DNA from: an uncultured Nitrososphaerota archaeon
GTDB taxonomy: Archaea > Thermoproteota > Nitrososphaeria > Nitrososphaerales > Gagatemarchaeaceae
Direction of reading: 5' to 3'
Assembly (NCBI GenBank): GCA_963703285.1
Contig: OY969807.1
Location: 256,001-320,000 of the forward strand
Length of the DNA: 64,000 nucleotides
Notes under the pieces: generated by a model
The model's input: only the letters and a program-made list of their open reading frames with translations
The model's database searches: none
Told to the model about the DNA's origin: nothing
Part shown: piece after piece, positions 10,285 to 19,592 of the stretch
Numbering within the stretch: the first letter of the stretch is position 1
How the letters are laid out: each line of letters begins with the position of its first letter
Position numbers and translations under genes: made by a program

Positions 10285-10410
10285 CTAGGTTCCGCCGAAT
10301 CCGCTGCCAGCAACCGCCGCTGGGTTGATGTGTACGCCGAATGCTGCCAGTACAACAGACGCTCCGCCTAGTGCCATCATTCCGTATCTGATCTTTTCGT
10401 CGGTAGTCAT
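10285..10410 (-). CDS. 41-aa short hydrophobic peptide, candidate signalling-peptide precursor
   Basis: MTTDEKIRYGMMALGGASVVLAAFGVHINPAAVAGSGFGGT; TTTATC box about 26 nt upstream; T6 tract downstream. Confidence 0.65.
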   Translation of the reverse strand: MTTDEKIRYGMMALGGASVVLAAFGVHINPAAVAGSGFGGT

Positions 10411-10432
10411 GGGCACCCTACACCTGACAGTG

Positions 10433-10516
10433 GAAGATAAATCTTCAGTATACACATGAACCCGTCTATTAGGGCATCCATGAGACATCTAACTCTCTAT
10501 GCCCTAGGCATGAGAC
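10433..10516. promoter_or_regulatory. Promoter/operator region of the peptide gene
   Basis: Palindrome GAAGAT-AA-ATCTTC (10433-10446); inverted repeat TAGGGCAT/ATGCCCTA (10470, 10499); direct repeat CATGAGAC (10479, 10509). Confidence 0.4.
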
Positions 10517-10669
10517 GAGAAACGTTGTCCCGTAACAGTGTCCTAGTCAGATGTTCTATAATCAACGAAGATAAGTTTTGTGTTTCATCGAAAAAGAGGT
10601 GAAGTACATGGGAACTTCGTGTTTGCCACCCTTTTTTATGATGGAGTTGGAGCTTCCCTGGAGTCAGAA

Positions 10670-11428
10670 ATGGAAGCAGAGTACGACGCTCTGGCCGAAG
10701 AGTATGATGCGACCAGGGAGTCGGCCACCCAGAAGGAGATCGATTCTCTTGCAAGGTCGTTTGAGGGGTGCAGGACGATTCTCGACGTTGGAGTCGGGAC
10801 CGGCCGATTTGCAAAGCCCCTCTCTGATTTGGGGTTCGATGTCACCGGTGTCGATGTCTCTCGCAGGATGCTCTCGAAGGCGCACGAGAAAGGAGTCGAG
10901 CGGCTCGTTCTCGGAGACGCGTACAAGCTGCCCTTCACTGGCAAGTCCTTCGACGGCTCTGTCATTATCCACGTGCTCCACGTCGTCGCCGACTGGATGA
11001 CGGTCATGCGGGAAATGGGACGGGTCACCAAGGGCCCGGTCGTCTCGCTCCTGAGGGTGCCGCAGGGGCAGGGGCGCTCCCCGCTCCCGCAACAGTCGAT
11101 TGGCATCGCCGGCCCGCCGCCCGCGTCCAAGGGGTACCCCGTCAGGACTCAGCACAGGATGTGGCAGAACGAGCTCGAGCTGAAATCGAGGGTCCCCCCG
11201 GCCAAGCTCGAGAGGATCAGGGACGAGACGATATCGATACCCGTCGCCGATGCCATGAGGAGTCTCCAGGCCAAGCGGTCCATGGGCGCGCAGATAATGC
11301 CTCCCGAGGTGCGACAGGAGATGCTGGAGAGGATAGTCGCGATGACCGGCACCCGGACCGTCCAGAGGAGGATAGTGGAGGACCTCGCTGTCTGGCGCGC
11401 CGACGACCTGACGGACCTGGCCGAGTGA
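10670..11428 (+). CDS. Class I SAM-dependent methyltransferase
   Basis: ILDVGVGTGRF, GVDVSRRML, GDAYKLPF..SFD motifs. Confidence 0.92.
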   Translation: MEAEYDALAEEYDATRESATQKEIDSLARSFEGCRTILDVGVGTGRFAKPLSDLGFDVTGVDVSRRMLSKAHEKGVERLVLGDAYKLPFTGKSFDGSVIIHVLHVVADWMTVMREMGRVTKGPVVSLLRVPQGQGRSPLPQQSIGIAGPPPASKGYPVRTQHRMWQNELELKSRVPPAKLERIRDETISIPVADAMRSLQAKRSMGAQIMPPEVRQEMLERIVAMTGTRTVQRRIVEDLAVWRADDLTDLAE

Positions 11429-11467
11429 GCAAGAGTCGATTCGGACGCGCTTCGGGGGTGTGTGTCC

Positions 11468-12253
11468 TCAATCCGCCCAGTTCGGGAAGGCGCGACGGTT
11501 CGAGGTCAGCACGCTCCGCACCTGCCCCCGTCTCAGCTCGATGAAGCTCGCCGACGCGGACCGCTCCTCTTCGGTGATTCCCCACTCGCCCGGGATTGCG
11601 GCGACAATCTCTTCGATGACCGAGTCAGGCACCGCTTCGATCCGCCTAAGCGTCGACTCGAACGAGGAGGGGCCTCTCACCAATACCGCTATCTCGGGGA
11701 GGACCGGCATGGGGACCCTCAAGAACGAGCCCTGCTCCAGCGAGTCGACCGTCCAGTTCGGACCCGTGAAGCTGTGGGTGAAATCCACCATGAAGTACCT
11801 GAACCCTCCCGGTACCGCCTGAAGCAGGTGATTCTCGGCCCTGTCCCTGTCTTGCGTCAGTATCCAGTTGTCGAGGCAGACGGTCCCGGGAAGCACCTCT
11901 GAGTTAACGAGCTCTTGGTCCAGACTGGTCTGGCGGTTCAGTATCTGAGAGAGGTCCGACGCGTTGGCGACAACCTCCGAACCCTGGTGGAGCCCGGGCT
12001 CAATCGCCCTGTTCTGCAGGTCGTTCGAGTGAGCTATCATCTCCGAGCTCACCTCCACCAGCGCGCTCGGGGGTGTCGGGAGGCCGGCGGTGTGCGCCAG
12101 CCAGTGGCCAAGGTGCTCGTTGACAGCCGCCCTCGATCCTTTGGAGAACTTCACTAGGTACGTCAGGCCGTCGTCGCACTCCATGAAGTGAGGACCTGTC
12201 GCGCCTCTGTTGATCCCGACGTCGCGCACAGCCCTCACAGCCTTGACCTGCAC
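11468..12253 (-). CDS. HipA-like (PI3/PI4-kinase fold) kinase
   Basis: GATGP, YLVK, NE.LG..LA...GLPTP, DNWILTQDR...N, VDFTHSF. Confidence 0.85.
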   Translation of the reverse strand: MQVKAVRAVRDVGINRGATGPHFMECDDGLTYLVKFSKGSRAAVNEHLGHWLAHTAGLPTPPSALVEVSSEMIAHSNDLQNRAIEPGLHQGSEVVANASDLSQILNRQTSLDQELVNSEVLPGTVCLDNWILTQDRDRAENHLLQAVPGGFRYFMVDFTHSFTGPNWTVDSLEQGSFLRVPMPVLPEIAVLVRGPSSFESTLRRIEAVPDSVIEEIVAAIPGEWGITEEERSASASFIELRRGQVRSVLTSNRRAFPNWAD

Positions 12254-12365
12254 TCTAAGCTGGCCCCACCTCCGGCACTTTGCAGGGGCTCTTAATCCTG
12301 ACTGGCTGGAGTTCATCTCGATTCAACCCGAAGCCTTTAAGAAACTCGACGAGACTGCGAGACGA

Positions 12366-13073
12366 ATGGCCGGGGCTGATGGGGAAGGAATGAGCGCCGA
12401 GCCCCATAAGGAATCCAGACCCTCCCGGGAGCTCTTCTGGGTGGTCAGCGGTCTGGTCATGCTCTACCTCATCCTCGACGTGATAGCCCAGTCGCTTCCG
12501 CCCCACTACAACCCCATCAACACGGCGGAGAGCGACCTCGCGGTCGGTCCCTACGGCTACGTAATGGCCCTGAACTTCCTCAACCGGGGCGTCCTCTCCC
12601 TCCTGTTCCTGTACGCGTTCTCCCAGGCGCTGAGACTGCGCGGCGCTGACGTGCAGAGGTACCGCACTGGAATCCTTCTTCTCTCGGTCTGGGGCGTGGG
12701 AGCCTTGCTACTTGCGGCTTTCCCAACCGACGTCCCAGCGACGCCCGTCTCGTGGCACGGTCTGATCCATCTGGTCGTCGCGTTCTTCGCCTTCGTCGGG
12801 GGTGCCCTGGGCGTCCTCAGCCTCTCGTTGCAGTTCGAACGGGATCCTGCCCTTCGTGGCGCTAGGAAGTTCGCCCTCCCGATCGCAGTCGTGGCCGTCC
12901 TCTTCTTTGTCCTGCTCTTCGGTCTGCCCTTCTCAGCGCCTCACTTCGCGTCGCGCGTCGGTGGGGTGACAGAAAGGGTCCTGATAGGATCTGTTCTCCT
13001 CTGGATCCTTTACGTCTCGGTCTTCCTTTCTCGGGGACAGCGGCCCGCTCGGGCGGCGTCTCCTGTTGGCTAG
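12366..13073 (+). CDS. DUF998-family membrane protein
   Basis: YNPINTAESDLAVGPYG, FPTD, WHGLIH and ER motifs; about 5 TM helices. Confidence 0.85.
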   Translation: MAGADGEGMSAEPHKESRPSRELFWVVSGLVMLYLILDVIAQSLPPHYNPINTAESDLAVGPYGYVMALNFLNRGVLSLLFLYAFSQALRLRGADVQRYRTGILLLSVWGVGALLLAAFPTDVPATPVSWHGLIHLVVAFFAFVGGALGVLSLSLQFERDPALRGARKFALPIAVVAVLFFVLLFGLPFSAPHFASRVGGVTERVLIGSVLLWILYVSVFLSRGQRPARAASPVG

Positions 13074-13167
13074 AGGCCGGTAGAGTTCCTCTGGGCAGAC
13101 GACCCTTTCCGGGAGCCTTCGGTGTACGGCGAAACCGTAAATAATCTGGAGGCCTGGCGCGTGCCAG

Positions 13168-13293
13168 ATGGCGACGAGCGATCCCCTTCTTCTACTCGTA
13201 CTCCTGCTCAACTTCCTGCTCGTCATTGGCGTAGTGTACGTGCTCTTTCGAATCTACCGCAGCAGGAACAGGAAGGTCAAGAAGCTGCGCTGA
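13168..13293 (+). CDS. 41-aa single-TM protein with basic tail (not in ORF track)
   Basis: MATSDPLLLLVLLLNFLLVIGVVYVLFRIYRSRNRKVKKLR; TAAATAA box about 25 nt upstream. Confidence 0.6.
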   Translation: MATSDPLLLLVLLLNFLLVIGVVYVLFRIYRSRNRKVKKLR

Positions 13294-13337
13294 ATGCCGT
13301 CGGCTCCCCCACCGAGACTTAGAGTCATCAAACAAAA

Positions 13338-13359
13338 TTAGATTTATCTAACTTAAATA
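13338..13359 (+). promoter_or_regulatory. Palindrome abutting the TATA box of the ABC operon
   Basis: TTAGAT-TT-ATCTAA followed by CTTAAATA, 25 nt before GTG 13385. Confidence 0.55.
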
Positions 13360-13384
13360 CACCCCAAAAGTCCCAAGAAGGCGA

Positions 13385-14377
13385 GTGGCTTTGCCAAGCA
13401 TCATCTCGGCCGAGGACCTGGTCATCGTCTACGCCGACGGCACAAGGGCCGTCGACGGCGTCTCCTTCGATGTCGAGGAGGGCGGCTTCTTCGGTTTCCT
13501 GGGTCCGAACGGTGCCGGAAAGAGCACCACCATCAAAGTTCTCACCACTCTACTCAGGAAGACCTCCGGGAAGGTGAACGTCGCCCGCCACGACCTCGAC
13601 ACGTCCCCGGCGGAGATCCGCAAGGCAATAGGGGTGGTGAGCCAGGAGACGATCGTCGACGTCGACCTCACGGGGAGGGAGAACCTCCGCCTTCAGGGCC
13701 GCCTCCAGCAGATGCACGGGCGCGCTCTGGAGGACCGCGTCGACGAGCTGCTCAAGATGGTTCAGCTCGACACGGTCGCGGAGAAGGAGGCGGGCAGATA
13801 CTCGGGCGGCATGAAGAAGAGGCTGGATCTGGCTTCCGCTCTGGTGCACAGGCCCCGACTGTTGTTCCTGGACGAGCCGACGACGGGGCTCGACCCGCAG
13901 TCGCGGACGGCCATCTGGGAACACCTCGAGAAGCTCAACAAGGTGGACGGCGTAACCATCTTTCTGACCACGCAGTATCTGGATGAGGCCGACAGGCTCT
14001 GCCGCGAGCTCTCCATAATCGACCACGGGAGGATAATCGCGAGGGGCACCCCCTCCGAGCTCAAGGCGGCCATGGGCGGCGACACCATCTCTCTCACGCT
14101 CGAAGATGCCACCCTGAGGTCCAGAGCAGCCGAGATACTCAAGACGATTCCGGGCATAACGAACATCATGGGTTCTGAGGAGGGCGTCGTCGCCTACGCG
14201 AAGAACGGAGGCCAGGTGATCGCCGAGATAATCACGACCCTCGGCCGAAACGGCATCAGGTCCTCGCTCCTGAGCATCTCCTCTCCAACGCTGGACGACG
14301 TCTTCCTGCGCCAGACCGGCAGGCGCATCAGGTCCGAGGAGCTGTCGCAGAAGGAGACGGAGCCGTTCCTCACGTGA
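13385..14377 (+). CDS. ABC exporter ATP-binding subunit (DrrA-like)
   Basis: GPNGAGKST, YSGGMKKRL, LFLDEPTTGLDP. Confidence 0.95.
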   Translation: MALPSIISAEDLVIVYADGTRAVDGVSFDVEEGGFFGFLGPNGAGKSTTIKVLTTLLRKTSGKVNVARHDLDTSPAEIRKAIGVVSQETIVDVDLTGRENLRLQGRLQQMHGRALEDRVDELLKMVQLDTVAEKEAGRYSGGMKKRLDLASALVHRPRLLFLDEPTTGLDPQSRTAIWEHLEKLNKVDGVTIFLTTQYLDEADRLCRELSIIDHGRIIARGTPSELKAAMGGDTISLTLEDATLRSRAAEILKTIPGITNIMGSEEGVVAYAKNGGQVIAEIITTLGRNGIRSSLLSISSPTLDDVFLRQTGRRIRSEELSQKETEPFLT

Positions 14378-14387
14378 GCTAATCCGA

Positions 14388-15155
14388 TTGACCATAATCT
14401 ACGACACGCAGTCCCTCCTCGTGAGGTACCTCACGAAGCTGGTCCGTAACCCCACTCTGCTCGCCACGAACCTGCTGACGCCACTCCTCTTCCTCCTGCT
14501 CTTCTCCCAGCTTCTTACCAAATTCGGCCAATTCATCCCCGGCTCGCCCGGCGGATACCTCGCGTATCTGACGCCCGGGGTCGTGATGCTGAACGCGATG
14601 ATCAGCGCACCCCTCGGGGGTGTCTCAATCGCGAATGACCTGAACTCGGGTTTCCTCTCGAAGATGCTCTTGACCCAGGTCAGGAGACCGGCCATCCTGC
14701 TCGGACGGCTGCTGACGGACGTACTCGTAGTCGTCGGGCAGTCTCTCATCACGCTCGCCGTCGCGGTCGCCATGGGGGTCAGGATCAGTTACGGGGTGCC
14801 GGGCGTCCTCCTGATCATCCTGACCGCTGCCTTCTTTGAGGTTGCCCTCTCCGGAATCTTCCTCACGATTGGGATAAGAACGAGGAAGACGGAGACCATC
14901 TCCGCGATCTCTGGAGTCCTCTTCTTTCCGTTGATCTTCATCAGCAGTGCCATGTTCCCGGTCTCGTTCTTCCCTGACTGGGCGATGACGGTCTCGAAGT
15001 ACAACCCCGTGAGCTACGCGTCTGACGTCACCCGCGAACTGGTGATCGGCGGGCTGTCCCCGGGTACGCTTCTCTCCGCCTTCGCTCTCATAGGGGCCAT
15101 AGCGGCGGTGACCTTTGCCGCGACGCTTTACCAGTTCAGGAAGGTGGTCAGCTAG
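14388..15155 (+). CDS. ABC-2 type permease (DrrB-like)
   Basis: About 6 TM helices; FISSAMFP..FPDW...NPVSY; operonic with the ATPase. Confidence 0.92.
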   Translation: MTIIYDTQSLLVRYLTKLVRNPTLLATNLLTPLLFLLLFSQLLTKFGQFIPGSPGGYLAYLTPGVVMLNAMISAPLGGVSIANDLNSGFLSKMLLTQVRRPAILLGRLLTDVLVVVGQSLITLAVAVAMGVRISYGVPGVLLIILTAAFFEVALSGIFLTIGIRTRKTETISAISGVLFFPLIFISSAMFPVSFFPDWAMTVSKYNPVSYASDVTRELVIGGLSPGTLLSAFALIGAIAAVTFAATLYQFRKVVS

Positions 15156-15276
15156 GCGGGATTCGGCGAGCCTCCCCATGATGGCGGCGGGAGCTGCACC
15201 GTGGCGTTATCAAAGATGAGAATCATAATCGGACGTTAAATAGAGTGGGGGTGCGCGCGTACCAACGTGGAGAGAG

Positions 15277-15669
15277 ATGGAATCCGCGGACCCGATTCGG
15301 CTCTTCTCGGGCAGAAGATACATCAGCCTCGAGTCCTACGACTCTGACGGAGAGCCCAGACGGACTCCGGTCCTGTCGGTCGAGAGCGGAGGTCTCCTCT
15401 ATCTGCGCACGGATCCACACACCTGGAAGGTCAAGAGAATCCAGAGCAATCCTCATGTCCGCGTCGCTCTCTGCGACAGGACCGGGAGGCCTACCGGGGC
15501 CTGGCTCGAGGCGGATGCTAAGGTGATTGAGGGGCAGGAACAATCCAAGGTGACGGACGTCTTCGATAAGGAGTACGGGTCTCTCGGAAACCTGCTGGTC
15601 ACGCTCGTGAGCCGCCTCAGGGGCGAGAAGCTCACGACCTTCATCTCAGTTAAGCTCAGGCCGTCCTAG
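15277..15669 (+). CDS. PPOX-class probable F420-dependent oxidoreductase
   Basis: YISLESY..DGEPRRTPV, WKVKRIQSNPHVRVALC. Confidence 0.85.
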   Translation: MESADPIRLFSGRRYISLESYDSDGEPRRTPVLSVESGGLLYLRTDPHTWKVKRIQSNPHVRVALCDRTGRPTGAWLEADAKVIEGQEQSKVTDVFDKEYGSLGNLLVTLVSRLRGEKLTTFISVKLRPS

Positions 15670-15811
15670 GCCTCCAGCGCTTCGTCGCAGACAAAGACCA
15701 CCAGATGGGACGCAGATAGCGCCCGGCGATGCCGCGAGACACCCCGTCCCCCCCTCAAACCTTAAATAAACGACCCCGGGAGCGTTTCGAACGTAAAGGT
15801 AGTTATTCGTA

Positions 15812-17137
15812 ATGGCAGACAAACCTCACCTGAACCTTATCGTGACCGGTCACGTCGACCACGGGAAGTCCACCAGCATGGGCCACTTCCTCTTCGACCT
15901 CGGCGCAGTCGACCAGAGGACGATCGACGAGTTCGCCCGCGAGTCCGAGAAGACCGGTATGGGTGACAGCTTCAAGTTCGCGTGGGTCTTGGACCAGCTG
16001 AAAGACGAGAGGGAGCGCGGAGTCACCATCGACCTCGCCTTCCAGAAATTCGAGACGCAGAAGTACTTCTACACGCTCATCGACGCGCCCGGCCACCGCG
16101 ACTTCATCAAGAACATGATTACCGGCGCCTCGGAGGCGGACGCGGCCGTCCTGGTCGTCTCCGCGAAGACGGGCGAGAAGGACACAGCCCTCGGCCCGGG
16201 CGGCCAGGCAAGGGAGCACGCCTTCCTGCTCAAGACGCTGGGCGTCAACCAGCTCGTCGTGATCATCAACAAGATGGACGACCAGACCGTCAAGTACAGC
16301 GAGAAGATGTACAACGACGCCAAGCAGGACGTCGAGAACCTGCTGAAGGCCTCGGGGTACAATGTCTCCAAGATACGATTCATCCCTGTCTCTGGCTGGA
16401 CCGGAGAGAACCTCGTCAAGAAGTCCGATAACATGCCCTGGTACAAGGGTCCGACCCTCCTCCAGGCGCTCGACGAGTTCGTGGAGCCCCCGAAGCCGAT
16501 CGAGAAGCCGCTGAGACTCCCAGTTCAGGACGTCTACACGATTACAGGTGTCGGAACCGTTCCGGTCGGAAGAGTAGAGACGGGCAAGATCAAGGTCGGG
16601 GACACGGTCGCCATCATGCCAGAGGGCTTGACCGCAGAGGTCAAGTCCATCGAGACCCACCACACTCCGATGCAGGAGGCGATGGCGGGCGACAACATCG
16701 GGTTCAACCTCAGGGGCGTCGCGAAGACGGACTTCCACAGGGGAAGCGTCTTGGGGCCCTCCAACAACCCTCCGACCATCGCAAAGGAGTTCATGGCCCA
16801 GATCATCGTCGTCTTCCATCCCACCGCCATCGCGGCCGGGTACACGCCGGTCCTGCACGCACACACGGCCCAGGTCGCCGCGACCATCACGGAGATAGTC
16901 GCCAAGATCGACCCGAGGACAGGCCAGGCCACCGAGGAGAAGCCGAAGACCATCAAGACCGGAGACTCGGCAATCGTAAAAATCACACCCTTGCGCCCCG
17001 TAGTCCTCGAGACCTTCAAAGAATTCCCAGAATTGGGCAGATTTGCATTGAGAGACATGGGGTCAACTGTCGCAGCAGGCATCGTGCGAGAAATCACCGT
17101 CAAGGGTCAAGTCGAGAAGGCAGTCGCAAAGGCGTAG
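15812..17137 (+). CDS. tuf: Translation elongation factor EF-1 alpha
   Basis: GHVDHGKST, DAPGHRDFIKNMITG, NKMD, LGRFALRDMG; CTTAAATA promoter at about 15761. Confidence 0.99.
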   Translation: MADKPHLNLIVTGHVDHGKSTSMGHFLFDLGAVDQRTIDEFARESEKTGMGDSFKFAWVLDQLKDERERGVTIDLAFQKFETQKYFYTLIDAPGHRDFIKNMITGASEADAAVLVVSAKTGEKDTALGPGGQAREHAFLLKTLGVNQLVVIINKMDDQTVKYSEKMYNDAKQDVENLLKASGYNVSKIRFIPVSGWTGENLVKKSDNMPWYKGPTLLQALDEFVEPPKPIEKPLRLPVQDVYTITGVGTVPVGRVETGKIKVGDTVAIMPEGLTAEVKSIETHHTPMQEAMAGDNIGFNLRGVAKTDFHRGSVLGPSNNPPTIAKEFMAQIIVVFHPTAIAAGYTPVLHAHTAQVAATITEIVAKIDPRTGQATEEKPKTIKTGDSAIVKITPLRPVVLETFKEFPELGRFALRDMGSTVAAGIVREITVKGQVEKAVAKA

Positions 17138-17302
17138 GCTCCCCACCTCTTACTTTCTATAGACAATTCATGGGGGTGTTTCCGACGTTCCCTTCTGCTG
17201 ACCAGTGGGCACGTAGCCCTCGTCCAAAATCCATAGCCGGAGAGGATTTAGATAAAACATATGGTATAGACTTAAAAGTCACAGATAGGCTAGAAATCAC
17301 CG

Positions 17303-19420
17303 ATGTCGTCCAAGGGGAAGAGCGATTTGTCGGTAAGCCAGTCGAAGCAAGCGGCCAAGCCTGCGGTCCCGAAGGAACGAGAGCAGTTCAGCGCCCTATT
17401 GCTGACCAACCCGAACTACTTCGGGAATCTTGCGAGCCCAATCAACCCAGTTGTGAGCATCCTGTCGGACACGACCTACGAGAATCTCGCGTGCGTCGGG
17501 TTCCAGCCGCAGCTGAACTGGCTCGAGGGGGTCGTGTATGTGAACCAGACCTCTGGCTACGGCGGCGGTCTCTGTTCCAGCGGATCGCAGGAGTACGTCC
17601 GCTTCTACCTCTCATACGACGGCGGGGTCACCTGGCTGGACCAGGGCCTGACGAGCTTCACAGTGTATGACATCACCCACACAGGGGCGCTCGAGTACGA
17701 CGTCACGCTCCCGATCAATCCGAACGCAGAACTCTGCTTTGTCGAGAACCTGCCGACGGTCCGAGCGATACTCTCCTGGAACAACCCTCCCCCTGCGAAC
17801 ACCCCCAGTTTCATACCTGTCTGGGGGAACGTCGTCGACTCCCGAATTCAGATAGCGCCTGGCGGATTCATAACGCTGTCGGACCTGCTGACCGACGAGA
17901 AGGTCGCTCTTCCGGCGAATCTGAAATCCGTGCTCGACCCTATGCAGCCGCTTCAGACGGTTAAGCCCAAACCGGTAGCGCTCGCCGACCTGCAGACGGC
18001 CTACAAGGCAGCGAACGTTCCCGTCCATCGTTACGCGTTCGCAGACCTCCAGAAGCTCATCAAGTATCCGGCTCCCTCCCCATCCGCTACCGCGTCCGGG
18101 GCAAACAGCAGCCTGAGTGTGCTCAACGTCAACATCGCCGAGGTTCTGGGGAACCTTGAGGCGACGGAGGGCGACACCAGCTATGAGCAGCTAAACTGCG
18201 TCGGGCTCGACACCAACAGGAACGTCTTGGACGGCATCTTGACGATCAAGCTTCAGGAGGGATACTCCGGAAGCCTCTGCACCGCCGGGAGCCAGGAGTA
18301 CGTCGCTTACTGGGTCGATTGGGGGAGCGGCTGGACTTACGTCGGCACGACCTCCGTGAACGTCCACGACATCAGCGGGATTCCCGTCGAAGGGCTGAAG
18401 TATGCGGCCGTCGTCCCGGTCGACGTATCGAGCCATCGCCAGCCCTGTCAGCAGGGAGCCAACACCGCCCGCGTGAGGGCCACGCTCTCTTGGCAGACAC
18501 CTCCACCCCCAAGCGACCCTGACTACGTTCCAGTTTGGGGGAACACCGTGGAGACCATTGTCAACATTGACCCAGGGGCCGCGGCGACCGCTGGTACCCC
18601 TGACATCAGCATCATCGGAGGCGTGGGGATCGCTGACATAGACGTGACAGGTACAGGGCTAACGTTCCCTGGCGCGAACTTCGCGCTGACGGGAGGCCCC
18701 ACCGACCCCTGGCTCAACACGAGACAGTGCCCGTTCGGCGGCCAGGTGGTGATACAGGGCTATCCGACGGTCGGTTCGAAGTACAGGGTCTGGGTCCAGG
18801 AGTCCGGCAGCCCCTTCCCGACGATGCTGACGTCCGAAATCTGGACGGTCAACCTGATGGGAGTGGGAAGCTGGATGTCTCCGGACAGCAGCGGCTTCTT
18901 CACCTACCTCGACACCACCCAGAACATGGACAACACTCTCGCGTACTGGTACAGCACGGGAGATGACCTCTGGCAGGTCTGGCTCGAGATCGCCAACACC
19001 TCCGACGTGGTCTTGGGATCCACGCCAAGGTACAACATTCAGCTCGACAACACGGCACCCACCGTCCAGATCCACATAGACTCCGGCGGCGACTGCAAGG
19101 ACTTCACCGTCGACACGACGGTCGACGGACACTTCGTCGCGCAGGACGCAAACTTCGGCTACTTCTCGCTGAGCACCCTCCCGAACAACCCGCCCACAAT
19201 GCCCTCGAACGACCCAACGACCACGACGCCCAACGCCTCAGAGACTGCAGCGCCTCCGGGAGACCCCTGGACTCTCAACACGATGAGCCCAGCAGAGATG
19301 GTGCCGTGCGGCTACGTCGTCCTTCTGGAGGCGTGGGACCTCTCGATCGTCGACAGCTCTCCTGGCTCGCACAACGGCAACAGCACATCCGTCGGGTTCT
19401 GTCTCCGCGCTTCGGACTAG
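17303..19420 (+). CDS. 705-aa hypothetical protein with two internal Cys-containing repeats
   Basis: Duplicated DT.YE.L.CVG...GY.G.LC..GSQEYV...PVWGN unit. Confidence 0.8.
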   Translation: MSSKGKSDLSVSQSKQAAKPAVPKEREQFSALLLTNPNYFGNLASPINPVVSILSDTTYENLACVGFQPQLNWLEGVVYVNQTSGYGGGLCSSGSQEYVRFYLSYDGGVTWLDQGLTSFTVYDITHTGALEYDVTLPINPNAELCFVENLPTVRAILSWNNPPPANTPSFIPVWGNVVDSRIQIAPGGFITLSDLLTDEKVALPANLKSVLDPMQPLQTVKPKPVALADLQTAYKAANVPVHRYAFADLQKLIKYPAPSPSATASGANSSLSVLNVNIAEVLGNLEATEGDTSYEQLNCVGLDTNRNVLDGILTIKLQEGYSGSLCTAGSQEYVAYWVDWGSGWTYVGTTSVNVHDISGIPVEGLKYAAVVPVDVSSHRQPCQQGANTARVRATLSWQTPPPPSDPDYVPVWGNTVETIVNIDPGAAATAGTPDISIIGGVGIADIDVTGTGLTFPGANFALTGGPTDPWLNTRQCPFGGQVVIQGYPTVGSKYRVWVQESGSPFPTMLTSEIWTVNLMGVGSWMSPDSSGFFTYLDTTQNMDNTLAYWYSTGDDLWQVWLEIANTSDVVLGSTPRYNIQLDNTAPTVQIHIDSGGDCKDFTVDTTVDGHFVAQDANFGYFSLSTLPNNPPTMPSNDPTTTTPNASETAAPPGDPWTLNTMSPAEMVPCGYVVLLEAWDLSIVDSSPGSHNGNSTSVGFCLRASD

Positions 19421-19592
19421 AAGCGCGGGCTTCCCTGGCAGGTCCTCGAGTCGGGTCGGCTTCACAGCGCCCGATTCCTGGCTCACAGAAATCGCCAACG
19501 ATGCCTCGTAAGGAGCCGCTCCGGCATGTCTCGATCTTCTGAGGTCCTCGGGGTTTCTCGCGATGCGACTTCTGTGATCCGACTTGACGGCG

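Noticed and set aside
6652-15811. Absence of EF-2 between rps7 and tuf as a novel rearrangement
   Set aside because: The str cluster is often broken in TACK archaea, so this is not distinctive alone
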